From contig CAWAOD010000009.1 in assembly GCA_963783575.1 (NCBI GenBank), forward strand, positions 544,001-608,000: a DNA stretch of 64,000 nt, in the 5' to 3' direction. The notes under the pieces are model-generated. The model saw nothing but the letters and a program-made list of their open reading frames with translations, was not told the origin of the DNA and searched no databases. Source of the DNA: an uncultured Spirochaetota bacterium. Its GTDB lineage: Bacteria > Spirochaetota > Brevinematia > Brevinematales > JAOACQ01. Shown here piece by piece: positions 1-9,497 of this stretch; position 1 is the first letter of the stretch; each line of letters begins with the position of its first letter. The position numbers and the translations under genes were made by a program.

Positions 1-1071
1 ACAAAAATTGTCGTTATTCTGGCTGACAACCGTCAGTTCACTGCGAAACTCATCGGCTTAGATCCGGAGACGGATATTGCCCTCTTAAAGATCAACGCCA
101 ATAATCTGCCTGTTGTTTACCTCGGTGATTCCGGAGAAGTTCAGGTAGGCGATTCTGTTATGGCAATAGGCAATCCGTTTGGATTAAGCGGTACTTTTAC
201 AGCGGGAGTTGTCAGCGCTGTCGGAAGACAGGGTATGACTTCCGGGTTCCAGAAATTCATCCAGACTGATGCTGCTGTTAACCCGGGTAATTCAGGGGGA
301 CCGCTTGTTAATCTTAAAGGCCAGGTTGTAGCCATTAATGCAGCGATCAAAACGCAATCCGGCGGTTACGAGGGAATAAGTTTTGCCATACCTATCAATA
401 TTGCTAAAAATATAGCAGAGCAGCTCTTATCAACGGGTAAGATTCAGCGCGGTTATCTGGGAATAAATATTATGCCTGTTGATTCTCCGACGCGTAAGAT
501 GCTAGGACTTCAAGAAAACGAGGGAGTAATGGTTTCCAAAGTGGAAAAGGGAAGTTCAGCAGAAAAAGCAGGTATTAAAAAAGGTGATATTGTTACAAAA
601 GTGAACGGTGAATTAGTCAATAATCCCGATGATTTGCAGTCCGATATCGGCGGAATTAAGCCTGGAACCGTTGTAAATCTGGAGATATTCAGGGATAAAA
701 AGAAAATGGAATTGAATGCCAAATTAAGTGAAAGACCTTCGGAAACGACAAACATTAATCCGAAACAGCAGGGAGAAGAAAATCCAAGTACTGAATCTTA
801 TGAATACCTGGGCGCCACATTCGGGCCGGCTGCCCAATCGATTTTGGATGATAACGGCGCGGATCATGGCGTAATCGTCAAGGATATAAAAGATGACAGT
901 ATATTATCGGGAGTTCTTGACAGTGGAGTCATCGTATCATCGATCAACGGAACCGAGATCAAGAATCTTGAGGATTTAAAAGCGTTCGCCGGTAATAATA
1001 AAAACACTAAATCATTTACATTTCTTATTGTATACAATGGATTTATGTACTACAAAAGTGTTGAGAAATAA
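1..1071 (+). CDS. htrA: DegP/HtrA-family periplasmic serine protease with PDZ domains (5' end outside window)
   Basis: Frame open from base 1 (TKIVVILADNRQFTAKLIGLDPETDIALLKI). Motifs AIGNPFGL and IQTDAAVNPGNSGGPL (catalytic Ser), then two PDZ-like regions (RGYLGI, YLGATF). Confidence 0.93.
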   Translation, partial: TKIVVILADNRQFTAKLIGLDPETDIALLKINANNLPVVYLGDSGEVQVGDSVMAIGNPFGLSGTFTAGVVSAVGRQGMTSGFQKFIQTDAAVNPGNSGGPLVNLKGQVVAINAAIKTQSGGYEGISFAIPINIAKNIAEQLLSTGKIQRGYLGINIMPVDSPTRKMLGLQENEGVMVSKVEKGSSAEKAGIKKGDIVTKVNGELVNNPDDLQSDIGGIKPGTVVNLEIFRDKKKMELNAKLSERPSETTNINPKQQGEENPSTESYEYLGATFGPAAQSILDDNGADHGVIVKDIKDDSILSGVLDSGVIVSSINGTEIKNLEDLKAFAGNNKNTKSFTFLIVYNGFMYYKSVEK

Positions 1072-1092
1072 TAGTTTTAAATAAGGGTAATA

Positions 1093-1124
1093 AAAGGCCG
1101 CCTTAATATGGCGGCCTTTATTTT
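1093..1124 (+). terminator. Rho-independent terminator after htrA
   Basis: aaaggccgcc-ttaatat-ggcggccttt 10-bp stem followed by atttt. Confidence 0.85.
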
Positions 1125-1170
1125 ACATCCGGTTTTTAATAATTATTTTTGAAAGGAGATAGCAATTAAT

Positions 1171-1932
1171 ATGGATCATTTTCTTTTAGTCATATTTTTT
1201 TATTTTTTAAGCTGTTCGTTTTTAGGATGGATTGTTGAATCCGGTTTTAGGTCGATGATTGAAAAACGGATAGTAAATTCAGGTTTTCTATCGGGTCCAA
1301 TTATTCCTATATATGGGTTCGGGGCTGTTTTAATATATATCTTATCATTAATGATTTCCACATTGCTGCCTTTCTGGATTCTTATTATCATCAGTATGAT
1401 TATTCCGGCAATTCTGGAATATATTACATCTTTTTTGATGGAAAAAATCCTTTCCATCAAATTATGGGACTATTCCGGTGAAAAATTGAATATTAAAGGA
1501 AGAATTTGCCTCAAATTCAGTTTAATCTGGGCTGTTTTGACTTTAATTACGGTATTTTTTATACAACCGCTTTTTATCGGCTGGTTTAATGCCTGGAAGG
1601 ATTCTACAATTTATTTTATGGGGGGAATGGGTGTTATGTATCTGGCTACCGATATTTACTATTCAGGAAAACTTTATTTCAATTATGTGGAAGTCCTTAA
1701 AAAGATCAGGGAAAAGGTAGTGATACCCCAGTTTAAACTTATAATCGGCAATATGTCAGGCAGGGATATCCCATCCGAATTAAAGCGTTTTTTAAAGCCG
1801 CTGAAAACATTTTCATTCCTGCGGAAAGAAATTAATGCCAATATGCAGGTTTTCCCCGCACAGTTTATAAATTTGTTAAAAAGAACAATTGACCCTTATT
1901 TTACAAAGGAGGGTAGATCTGATAAAAAATAA
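1171..1932 (+). CDS. Putative ABC transporter permease-like membrane protein (DUF1113 type)
   Basis: SFLGWIVE, GFLSGPIIPIYGFG and LWDYS...NIKGRICL motifs; multiple TM helices. Confidence 0.8.
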   Translation: MDHFLLVIFFYFLSCSFLGWIVESGFRSMIEKRIVNSGFLSGPIIPIYGFGAVLIYILSLMISTLLPFWILIIISMIIPAILEYITSFLMEKILSIKLWDYSGEKLNIKGRICLKFSLIWAVLTLITVFFIQPLFIGWFNAWKDSTIYFMGGMGVMYLATDIYYSGKLYFNYVEVLKKIREKVVIPQFKLIIGNMSGRDIPSELKRFLKPLKTFSFLRKEINANMQVFPAQFINLLKRTIDPYFTKEGRSDKK

Positions 1933-2396
1933 TTCCTGTCCCGACTTTTGGAAAATAGCAAATCCTGTAATAACCCATCCGGAATTTCTAAAACAAAAGA
2001 GCATAATTCATCACAATGAAAGCCTTTACGTACATTCTATCGATGTCGCGATTAAAGCCTATTCACTTTCCGGGTTTTTTCATATAAAACCAATACCCAG
2101 CGTTCGGGGAGCCCTGCTTCATGATTTTTTCCATTATGACTGGAGAAAAAAGAAATTTCCCTTTCCTAGGTTCCATGCCTTTCGAGCATGGCAGGATAGC
2201 TATGGAAAATGCTGAACTGCATTTCGGACCTCTTTCGAAAGCTGAAAAAGACGCGATCAGGCATCATATGTGGCCACTTTCCATTGTACCTCCGCACACC
2301 GGCGCGGCATGGATGGTGACAATCGCGGATAAGATAATAACAGCGAGGGATATTATTAGATGGCTGCAGCGGGTTATTAAAAAAAAGATAAAATAA
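1919..2396 (+). CDS. HD-domain phosphohydrolase, split by a frameshift near 2180 (probable extra T)
   Basis: HHNESLYVHS...GALLHDFFHYDW in ORF 1889-2215 continues as EHGRIAMENA...AIRHHMWPLS...ADK in ORF 2121-2396. Removing one T from gcctttcgag restores FHAFEHG. Start uncertain (in-frame CTG after aaggagg). Confidence 0.75.
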
Positions 2397-2539
2397 GCTT
2401 GCCGGATCATACCGATTGGGAATAATTCATGATCTTCGAGGGCCGTATTGATAATCCTGTCTCGAAGTATTAAAACAATCACTATTACCGTTATGCATGA
2501 AGAAATATCAAAGCCGCCCTGTACGAAATAAGTTCAATA

Positions 2540-3355
2540 TCATACGGCAAGCGATCGTATGAAAGTATCTACGCCGGGGATTCCTCCTTCATCCATTGCT
2601 TTAATCGATTGCGTGCCGATAATCGCAATCTCGACTTTACCCTTAAGAAAATCGATATCACTTTTTCCCTTAACGCCGAAACCAAGGGCCAACGGTAAAT
2701 TTGTAGATTTGCGGCATCTTTCAAGATATTTATCGAGCCCGATTGAGAAACTCGTTTGCATGCCTGTAATACCTCTCCGGGCGACGCAATAGATAAAGCC
2801 ATCGGCTAAATTTGATATATTTTTCATCCTTTCATCCGGAGTAGTAGGGGAATAAAGAAATACCGGAGAAAGGCCATGTTTTTTCATTGCACCGATATAT
2901 TCCCCGCCTTCCTCAAAAGGCAGATCAGGTACTATGGCCCCTTTTAAGCCGTAACCGTCAATAATCCCGGCGAATCTTTCCACGCCGAATTTGTACAGGA
3001 TATTGTAGTAGCTCATAAAAAGGAAAGGAATATTAAATTCGGAAGCGGCTTTTTCCGCGAAATCAAGGCAGTTCTGAACTGTAATTCCCTTTGAAAGGGA
3101 TAATTGATTAGCGTTAAGGATTACCGGCCCGTCCGCAACCGGTTCTGAAAAAGGTATCTGAAGCTCCATTAGGTCGACACCGGCTTCGACCATTATTCTT
3201 ACAATTTCGTAAGATTCCTCAAGCGTCGGATAGCCGATCACAATATGAGTCATTATAAGTATATCTTTCTTTTTAAGAGCAGATCTGATATATTCTTCAA
3301 GAGATGTTTTTCTCAACAATGCTTTATTATCCATTGATAATGCTTTATTATCCAT
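2540..3355 (-). CDS. trpA: Tryptophan synthase alpha chain
   Basis: ELQIPFSEPVADGPVI (catalytic Glu/Asp), VPDLPFEE, GFGV. ATG at 3355 overlaps the trpB stop. Confidence 0.95.
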   Translation of the reverse strand: MDNKALSMDNKALLRKTSLEEYIRSALKKKDILIMTHIVIGYPTLEESYEIVRIMVEAGVDLMELQIPFSEPVADGPVILNANQLSLSKGITVQNCLDFAEKAASEFNIPFLFMSYYNILYKFGVERFAGIIDGYGLKGAIVPDLPFEEGGEYIGAMKKHGLSPVFLYSPTTPDERMKNISNLADGFIYCVARRGITGMQTSFSIGLDKYLERCRKSTNLPLALGFGVKGKSDIDFLKGKVEIAIIGTQSIKAMDEGGIPGVDTFIRSLAV

Positions 3356-4586
3356 TGTATTCCTCCGCTTTTTTCTTAATGAATTCCTTCCATTCCGGAT
3401 CGCCGAAAGCATCGGCGACAGTGAAGATATCCTTGTCTCCCCGGCCGGATTGATTAATAATAACAATATCGTCTTTACTCATTCCAGGAATTTCTCTGAA
3501 AGCCCCTGCAAAAGCATGTGAGGATTCAAGCGCGGGTATTAGCCCCTCCTTCCTGATTGTTAAGGACATTGCGTCGATAACTTCCCTGTCGGTAGCGGAT
3601 TCAAAACGTACTGAAGCTATTGTACGCCGGTTATCTTTTAGATCGGCCAGAATTGGCGACACTCCGACATAATCCAGACCGGCTGCAACACTGTGAGTTT
3701 CCTTCATCTGTCCATCGTTATCCTGAAGGAACAATGTCTTATATCCCTGCGCCACTCCGGGACTTGCGTCGTTTGAGGTAAGCCTTACGGCATGCTTTTT
3801 TGTATTGAGTCCGTAGCCTGCCGCCTCAACGCCTATTAATTCAACCGGGTCATTGAAGAATCCGCTGAAAATTCCCATGGCGTTTGATCCTCCCCCGACG
3901 CAAGCATAAATCCTGTCCGGCAGTTTCCCCTCGATTTCCAGAATCTGTTTTCTGGCTTCTTTACCGATTATTGATTGGAAATAAGTTACCATTTCGGGGA
4001 AGGGATGGGGGCCGCAGGCCGTACCCAAAACATAGTGAGTGCTGTCCATATTTGTCACCCAATCGCGCATCGCCGCATTGATGGCGTCCTTTAAAATCCT
4101 TGTGCCGTTTTTTACAGCAACAACGGTTGCCCCAAGACGTTCCATCCAGAATACATTCGGCCGCTGGCGCATTACATCGACCTCTCCCATATATACAGTG
4201 CATTCGAACCCGAATTTTGCCGCCATTGTTGCGGTGGCTACACCATGCTGGCCGGCTCCGGTTTCTGCAATAACCCTTTTTTTGCCCATACGTTTGACAA
4301 GAAGCCCCTGTCCCATAACATTGTTGGCTTTATGCGCACCTGTATGGTTTAAATCTTCACGTTTGACATATATCCTGGCACCTCCGAAATAATCCGTAAG
4401 ATTTTCTGCAAAAGTCAAAGGCGTCGGGCGGCAGGAATAATTCGACATAATTCTTACATATTCCTCCCAGAAAGAAGGATCGTTTTTTGCCCGAGTGAAT
4501 TCGGCAATCAAATCCTCAATGGTCGAAACCAGTATCTCAGGAACAAAAATCCCGCCGAAATTTCCATAATACCCTCTATTTGTCAT
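3348..4586 (-). CDS. trpB: Tryptophan synthase beta chain
   Basis: KREDLNHTGAHK (PLP Lys), AETGAGQHG, GGGSNAMG, PALESSHA, SGRGDKD. Confidence 0.97.
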   Translation of the reverse strand: MTNRGYYGNFGGIFVPEILVSTIEDLIAEFTRAKNDPSFWEEYVRIMSNYSCRPTPLTFAENLTDYFGGARIYVKREDLNHTGAHKANNVMGQGLLVKRMGKKRVIAETGAGQHGVATATMAAKFGFECTVYMGEVDVMRQRPNVFWMERLGATVVAVKNGTRILKDAINAAMRDWVTNMDSTHYVLGTACGPHPFPEMVTYFQSIIGKEARKQILEIEGKLPDRIYACVGGGSNAMGIFSGFFNDPVELIGVEAAGYGLNTKKHAVRLTSNDASPGVAQGYKTLFLQDNDGQMKETHSVAAGLDYVGVSPILADLKDNRRTIASVRFESATDREVIDAMSLTIRKEGLIPALESSHAFAGAFREIPGMSKDDIVIINQSGRGDKDIFTVADAFGDPEWKEFIKKKAEEYNG

Positions 4587-4616
4587 TTTAGACTCCTGGA
4601 ATTATTTATCATATAA

Positions 4617-5348
4617 TTAACTGATACAAAGAGTTTGAGAAAACACGAATTGATCTGTCCTACAGATTATTTCTGAATAAATTACATTCGATGCCTGCTT
4701 GAAATGAATGAATCTCTTCACCATTAATACCGGAGTTTCTTTTGATAACATCATAAGTTCCTTTATTCTTAATTCCGGGTAATAAATCTCAAAAGTCTGT
4801 TTTCCTCCAACCGGCTTCATATAATAATAATCCCTGACAATTTCGGAAAGGTGTTTTGTTTTAAGATCGTATTTGTCGATTCCTGGCAAAACGGCTTCAT
4901 CCAGATATATATCTTCAAAAAGGAAAGGATTTTCTCCAATTTTATGTATACGTGACAAAAAATATGCTTTTCTTCCAAGGAACGGATTATCTTTAGACTG
5001 CTTTTTTAACGGAAGTGTTATTAACTTAATATCTGTTAAATATTCAGTTTTTATTGATATTCCCTTGTTAAAAAATGCCGCGCTGGTTCCAGCCAGGGAG
5101 AAAAGGTCTACCTCAATGCGGACTGCATTTACAAAACTTCCTGATCCTTTCTTTTTTTCAATAATGTTTTTTCTTACAAGGCTTTCTATTGCCTGCCTGA
5201 CTGTTGGCCGGCCGATACCGTATTTTTTTGATAATTCATTTTCAGATGGGATTTTCGATCCGGGCAAAAACTCCTTAGATTCGATCTTTCCTTGGATTAT
5301 CAAAGCCAATTGATGATAAAGAGGTACCGGTGAATCCGGATTAAGCAT
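4617..5348 (-). CDS. GntR (HutC subfamily) transcriptional regulator with UTRA domain
   Basis: N-terminal PLYHQL...IPSENEL...GRPTVRQA...GSGSFV wHTH; 243 aa with C-terminal UTRA-like region. Confidence 0.9.
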   Translation of the reverse strand: MLNPDSPVPLYHQLALIIQGKIESKEFLPGSKIPSENELSKKYGIGRPTVRQAIESLVRKNIIEKKKGSGSFVNAVRIEVDLFSLAGTSAAFFNKGISIKTEYLTDIKLITLPLKKQSKDNPFLGRKAYFLSRIHKIGENPFLFEDIYLDEAVLPGIDKYDLKTKHLSEIVRDYYYMKPVGGKQTFEIYYPELRIKELMMLSKETPVLMVKRFIHFKQASNVIYSEIICRTDQFVFSQTLCIS

Positions 5349-5374
5349 AAATCCTCCGCGATTATTATATAGTT

Positions 5375-5408
5375 ATTATATATTAATTATGTAAAGATGT
5401 CAAGACAT
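5375..5408 (-). promoter_or_regulatory. Consensus sigma70 promoter of gntR-trpBA with overlapping palindromic operator candidate
   Basis: Minus strand TTGACA (5403-5398), N17, TATAAT (5380-5375). ATGTC-AA-GACAT palindrome (5397-5408) overlaps the -35. GGAGG RBS at 5357-5353. Confidence 0.75.
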
Positions 5409-5712
5409 GTTATCATGTAATAATTAAATATTTTGAAGTATGATAGTTAATTACAATGATAATATAATTATTTTTATTGCAAAATATCTTTCTTTATCCT
5501 AAAATTAATTTGTTATCCAATACGATATATCGATATTGATATTGTTTGGATAAAACTCACTTAATATGAGGTAACAATAATATCCGAGGTTTTCGATTAC
5601 TCTGCTATTTCATCCCTAGTAAATTGTCTTCTCACAGGATGTAAATTATTTTATAATAAATAGTTGTAAAACAAAGTACTAGAAAATTTCATTATTTATA
5701 ATATTTTCATTC

Positions 5713-5728
5713 TGGCATAAAAATTGCT
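5713..5728 (+). promoter_or_regulatory. Sigma54 (-24/-12) promoter candidate for the exbB-exbB-exbD-tonB operon
   Basis: TGGCAtaaaaaTTGCT with GG-N10-GC spacing, about 110 bp upstream of ATG 5839. Confidence 0.65.
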
Positions 5729-5838
5729 AATTATTTTATTAATTAAGAATCGTCAATGCGGGTATTTTTTGGGATTAATTCCGCAAAACTGAGATGAATT
5801 AAAGGATCACGCGGAACACTTGTTAAACTGGAGAAATT

Positions 5839-6621
5839 ATGAATCTTAAATCAATCCTCTTAATTGCAACTTTATTTTGCTTTTCTAACTTACTCTATTG
5901 TAATGATATTAAAATTGACAGTAATAATCAGATCAATCAGGGAAGCTTGATACTTCTGACATCGGTTGAGAAAACTGTTTCTAAAACCTTTATAGGATCT
6001 TTTATTGAATATACTATTCAGGGCGGGATATTGTTATACGCCGTTTATGCTTTGATTATCGCCGGAATTTTTATTATTATTAATATAATGAAAGCTCAAT
6101 ACAGGATAAAAATAACAGATGAAAAATTAATTCGGCTGATCGGTAATACCAGTCTACCGGATATTCTGGAATATATAGAAAATAACAGTTCCAGTTTTGG
6201 TATTATATTACAAAATATTTACAGTTTATTGAAAGAGGGGTATTCGAATCTGGAAATGAAAATATTTGTGAAAATGGAAACCGAATTGTTAAGTCTGGGA
6301 TTAAAGAAAGAATTCACAAGCATAAAATCCATAATCTTTTTTATCATACTTACCGGCTTTCTTGGAACAGTAGTGAATTTTATGTTTATATTGCATAAAT
6401 TTGGATTTATCGATCAAATCACAATTAAATTAATATCAAATGGGTTAATGGATGCATTTATACCTTTACAGTTAGGCCTGATTTCAGGTTTGATTTTTGG
6501 AATTTGTTATTATTTTCTGCTGAGGAATGCGGAAAATATTTACCGGTTCACATTATCGGCTGGAAATGAATTCATAGAAAAGATATCGAAAGGTAAACAG
6601 GTTGAGAATACAAATAATTAA
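5839..6621 (+). CDS. MotA/TolQ/ExbB proton channel family protein (divergent, with N-terminal signal-like extension)
   Basis: TGFLGTVVNF and ISNGLMDAFIPLQLGL resemble degenerate GLLGTV / GIxxALxxTAxGL motifs; first gene of the TonB operon. Confidence 0.75.
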   Translation: MNLKSILLIATLFCFSNLLYCNDIKIDSNNQINQGSLILLTSVEKTVSKTFIGSFIEYTIQGGILLYAVYALIIAGIFIIINIMKAQYRIKITDEKLIRLIGNTSLPDILEYIENNSSSFGIILQNIYSLLKEGYSNLEMKIFVKMETELLSLGLKKEFTSIKSIIFFIILTGFLGTVVNFMFILHKFGFIDQITIKLISNGLMDAFIPLQLGLISGLIFGICYYFLLRNAENIYRFTLSAGNEFIEKISKGKQVENTNN

Positions 6622-6657
6622 CCATGCTTACGTTTTAATAAAAATGGAGGAAAAGAG

Positions 6658-7287
6658 ATGTTTGAAGGTAAAAGTATTCTGGAAGTACTGCAGATGGGCG
6701 GACTTACAATGTATGTTATGCTGTTCTGTTCGGTGCTTTCACTGGCTGTTATTCTGGAAAGAGTCGTTTATTTAAACAGGGGAACAAGAATAAAAAGAAT
6801 ACATTTTATGGATAAGTTAAGAACTGTTCTCGAAAATAAGAAAGTGGAGGAAGCGGCAGAAATTTGTAATAAGGTTAAAAATCCTTACTCAAGGGTTGTC
6901 CGTTCCGGATTAAATATGTTTGGAAAGGGAGAGGTCAAAATAAACAACGCCATGGAACGCCAGATCAGCATTGAGGTTAATGAAATGGAAAAATTTACAA
7001 ATATTCTCGGAACCATAGGCGGTACGGTTGTTTATATCGGGTTGTTTGGCACGGTTATTGGAATCATAAAGGCTTTCCAGGATATAGCCACAAGCGCAAA
7101 CGCCGGAGGCGGTATGAATACGGTTATTACAGGGATTGCAGAAGCCCTGGTTTCTACCGCGACGGGTATAAGCGTTGCCGTTCCTGCGGTTATAGCATAT
7201 AATATGCTTATGAAGAGAATAAGCAATATCACCAATGATATGGAACTATGCGCATCGGAAGTCAAAGATCTGCTGAGGGATGAATAA
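6658..7287 (+). CDS. exbB: ExbB/TolQ proton channel protein
   Basis: IGLFGTVIGIIKAF, GIAEALVSTATGISVAVPAVIAYN. Confidence 0.9.
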   Translation: MFEGKSILEVLQMGGLTMYVMLFCSVLSLAVILERVVYLNRGTRIKRIHFMDKLRTVLENKKVEEAAEICNKVKNPYSRVVRSGLNMFGKGEVKINNAMERQISIEVNEMEKFTNILGTIGGTVVYIGLFGTVIGIIKAFQDIATSANAGGGMNTVITGIAEALVSTATGISVAVPAVIAYNMLMKRISNITNDMELCASEVKDLLRDE

Positions 7288-7708
7288 GATGAAAACGAGA
7301 TCGGATAAAAAGAGACTAATGGTAGACATCAATATCACTCCTTTTACCGATGTGGTATTGGTTCTGCTCATTATTTTTATGGTTGCAACTCCTGTGATCT
7401 ACCAGAAGAATTTAAAGATAAACCTGCCTCAGGCAAAAGCCGCGAAATCCGACGAAAAACCTCAGAAGGTAATTGTGTCTATAAATGATCTGGGTGAAGT
7501 ATATATTGATAATGTAAAATATAATATAAGTAATGATATTGAAAAAATAAGATCCAAAATTATAGCTGCCGCGGGTACCAGCCAGGATTCCACGGTTATG
7601 GTGAACGGCGATAAAAACTGCAAATATGATTACATTATCCAGGTTATTGACCTGGTTAAAGATTTAGGAATTAAAAGAATAATGCTGGGAGCTGAGGTAA
7701 AGAAATAG
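7280..7708 (+). CDS. exbD: ExbD/TolR biopolymer transport protein
   Basis: DINITPFTDVVLVLLIIFMVATP (essential Asp), INLP, NGDK. Confidence 0.92.
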   Translation: MNKMKTRSDKKRLMVDINITPFTDVVLVLLIIFMVATPVIYQKNLKINLPQAKAAKSDEKPQKVIVSINDLGEVYIDNVKYNISNDIEKIRSKIIAAAGTSQDSTVMVNGDKNCKYDYIIQVIDLVKDLGIKRIMLGAEVKK

Positions 7709-7711
7709 ATT

Positions 7712-8356
7712 ATGAGAATTAAAATATTTTTTGTCGCTTCTCTTATTCTTCATCTGCTGGTCTTTTATGTTTCAACCTTAAAGCTGAATATAATAAAAAA
7801 GGATGATATCGATACTTCATATATTCAGATCCAGGAGGCTCCGCCTCCTCCGCCACCTTTGAAAGTAAAGGATGTTAAAACATTTGCCGCAAACACTGAA
7901 AGCGAACCGGCCCAGGTTTCCAATAAAACCTCGGTACAGACAAATAACCAGGACCAGACAAACAAGGCCGCCGATACAAAAGCCAACGCTGGTGTTGAGG
8001 GAGGCGTGGAAGGCGGAGTACCCGGAGGGGTTGTCGGAGGAGTTCTTGGAGCCTCGCTTACAAATTATGTCCCGTTCTATCTGGTAGAGGAGCTTCCTCA
8101 GCCACTCTCGCCGATAGAAGTGCCTCCGTATCCGGAAGAAGCCAGAAGGCTTGGGATTGAAGGCAAGGTAGTAATGCAGATTTATATTGACGATAAAGGC
8201 ATTGTAAGGAATGTCGAGGTTTCAAAGTCACCTGATGAGAAACTGTCCGAGGCTTCAAAGAAAGCTATATACAACGCCAAATTTAAGCCCGCCAGGCTAA
8301 ACGGAATGGCAAGGGCGGTTAGTATGCAGATGGTTTTTCGTTTTAAACTGGAATAA
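7712..8356 (+). CDS. tonB: Energy transducer TonB
   Basis: TM with SLILH, poly-Pro, GGVxGG linker, C-terminal PPYPEEARRLGIEGKV...FKPA...FKLE domain. Confidence 0.9.
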   Translation: MRIKIFFVASLILHLLVFYVSTLKLNIIKKDDIDTSYIQIQEAPPPPPPLKVKDVKTFAANTESEPAQVSNKTSVQTNNQDQTNKAADTKANAGVEGGVEGGVPGGVVGGVLGASLTNYVPFYLVEELPQPLSPIEVPPYPEEARRLGIEGKVVMQIYIDDKGIVRNVEVSKSPDEKLSEASKKAIYNAKFKPARLNGMARAVSMQMVFRFKLE

Positions 8357-8391
8357 AAAATAAGATTATTTTTGCCGAACGGAGGTTTATT

Positions 8392-8691
8392 ATGGCGGAA
8401 CATCCACTTAGTACAATAATGAATAATGACCCGGCTTTAATGGAATTAATCAAGAAAAGCGATGATTTGATCTATAGTGACGGAGCCTTGCCTAAAAAAT
8501 TCAAACTGCTTATTGCAATGGCTTTCGACGCGGCAAACGGCGCTGTTCAAGGCGTGAAAAGCCTCGCTCAATCGGCGCTTAAAGCCGGCGCTACAAAGGA
8601 AGAAATTATGGAGACTCTAAGGGTCGCTTATCAATTAAGCGGTGTCGGAAGTGTTTACACAGCTTCCCAGGGGCTTAAAGACCTGTTCTGA
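8392..8691 (+). CDS. Carboxymuconolactone decarboxylase (AhpD-like) family protein
   Basis: GALPKKFKLLIAMAFDA...ALKAGATKEEIMETL. Confidence 0.85.
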   Translation: MAEHPLSTIMNNDPALMELIKKSDDLIYSDGALPKKFKLLIAMAFDAANGAVQGVKSLAQSALKAGATKEEIMETLRVAYQLSGVGSVYTASQGLKDLF

Positions 8692-8704
8692 TGTGCTGTA
8701 AATA

Positions 8705-9208
8705 TTAAGGGAACAAAAGATTCTTTACTATCAGGCCGTAAAAGCTTTTTTCTCCCGATTGATAATACCATCCCATCTGTGAAAAGCAGCTTGAGCAGAA
8801 AGCAAAACTCCAGGTAAAACCCGGGAACCATGTGAATTCTTCTGCCGGTTCTCCCCGTACTATACAGCCGGGAGCAGAATAAAAACAGCTTATTTCATAA
8901 GAAATTCCGGCTGGATTTTTGAATGTCTGGTTTATTTTTCCGTTCATACTTATGGAGTATATTAATTTCGTAATTTTTTTTCCGCAAAAAGCGCAAAGAA
9001 TGTCTTTTTTGTTTTCCTCAACTTTTTCTCTATCTTTTAGTAAAATCTCAAGATCCGGTTTGATAATGATGTCATTTTTTTTTAAGAAATATGGAAACCG
9101 ATCAAAATTGGTTAATAATAATTGCATATTCATAGCTTTATCCATACTTAATTTCATAAAGTATCGGTTCAATAAAAAAAGGATGTTTAAAAAATTTCTA
9201 AACTGCAT
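8705..9208 (-). CDS. Cereblon (CULT/yippee-like) domain protein; true start probably near 9133-9157
   Basis: CAFC...FKNPAG...EFTWFPGFTW...CSSC...GWYY: two CxxC Zn motifs and three cage tryptophans. Confidence 0.88.
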   Translation of the reverse strand: MQFRNFLNILFLLNRYFMKLSMDKAMNMQLLLTNFDRFPYFLKKNDIIIKPDLEILLKDREKVEENKKDILCAFCGKKITKLIYSISMNGKINQTFKNPAGISYEISCFYSAPGCIVRGEPAEEFTWFPGFTWSFAFCSSCFSQMGWYYQSGEKSFYGLIVKNLLFP

Positions 9209-9497
9209 ATATATAATAAACAGATTTTTATGAATTTAAAAATATTTTTCGATTATTTAATGAATATCTCATCTTTGTGATGCCAGTATTATTTCACCAC
9301 CAAGGCCGAAATTTAGTTTTCTGACGCCGGATTTTAATATAAAATCCGTATATATTTTATTAGATTATTAAACCAATTAAAATTAGACATAATTCAACCC
9401 GAATATTAATCAATATCCATATAAAAAGAGGGATTAAATAAGAAATTTACTATAAAATAAGATATTATTGTATGAATCATTGGTTTTGGAGAATCAA

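Noticed and set aside
3356..3466. Extended TrpA N-terminus given by the ORF track
   Set aside because: It overlaps the trpB C-terminus. ATG 3355 at the trpB stop gives a normal length.
4587..4616. trp attenuator or T-box
   Set aside because: Only a 30-bp gap containing an RBS; no Trp leader peptide or terminator.
5750..5835. Riboswitch (e.g. cobalamin) in the TonB operon leader
   Set aside because: Only a weak hairpin and no recognisable conserved boxes. An Rfam scan would be decisive.
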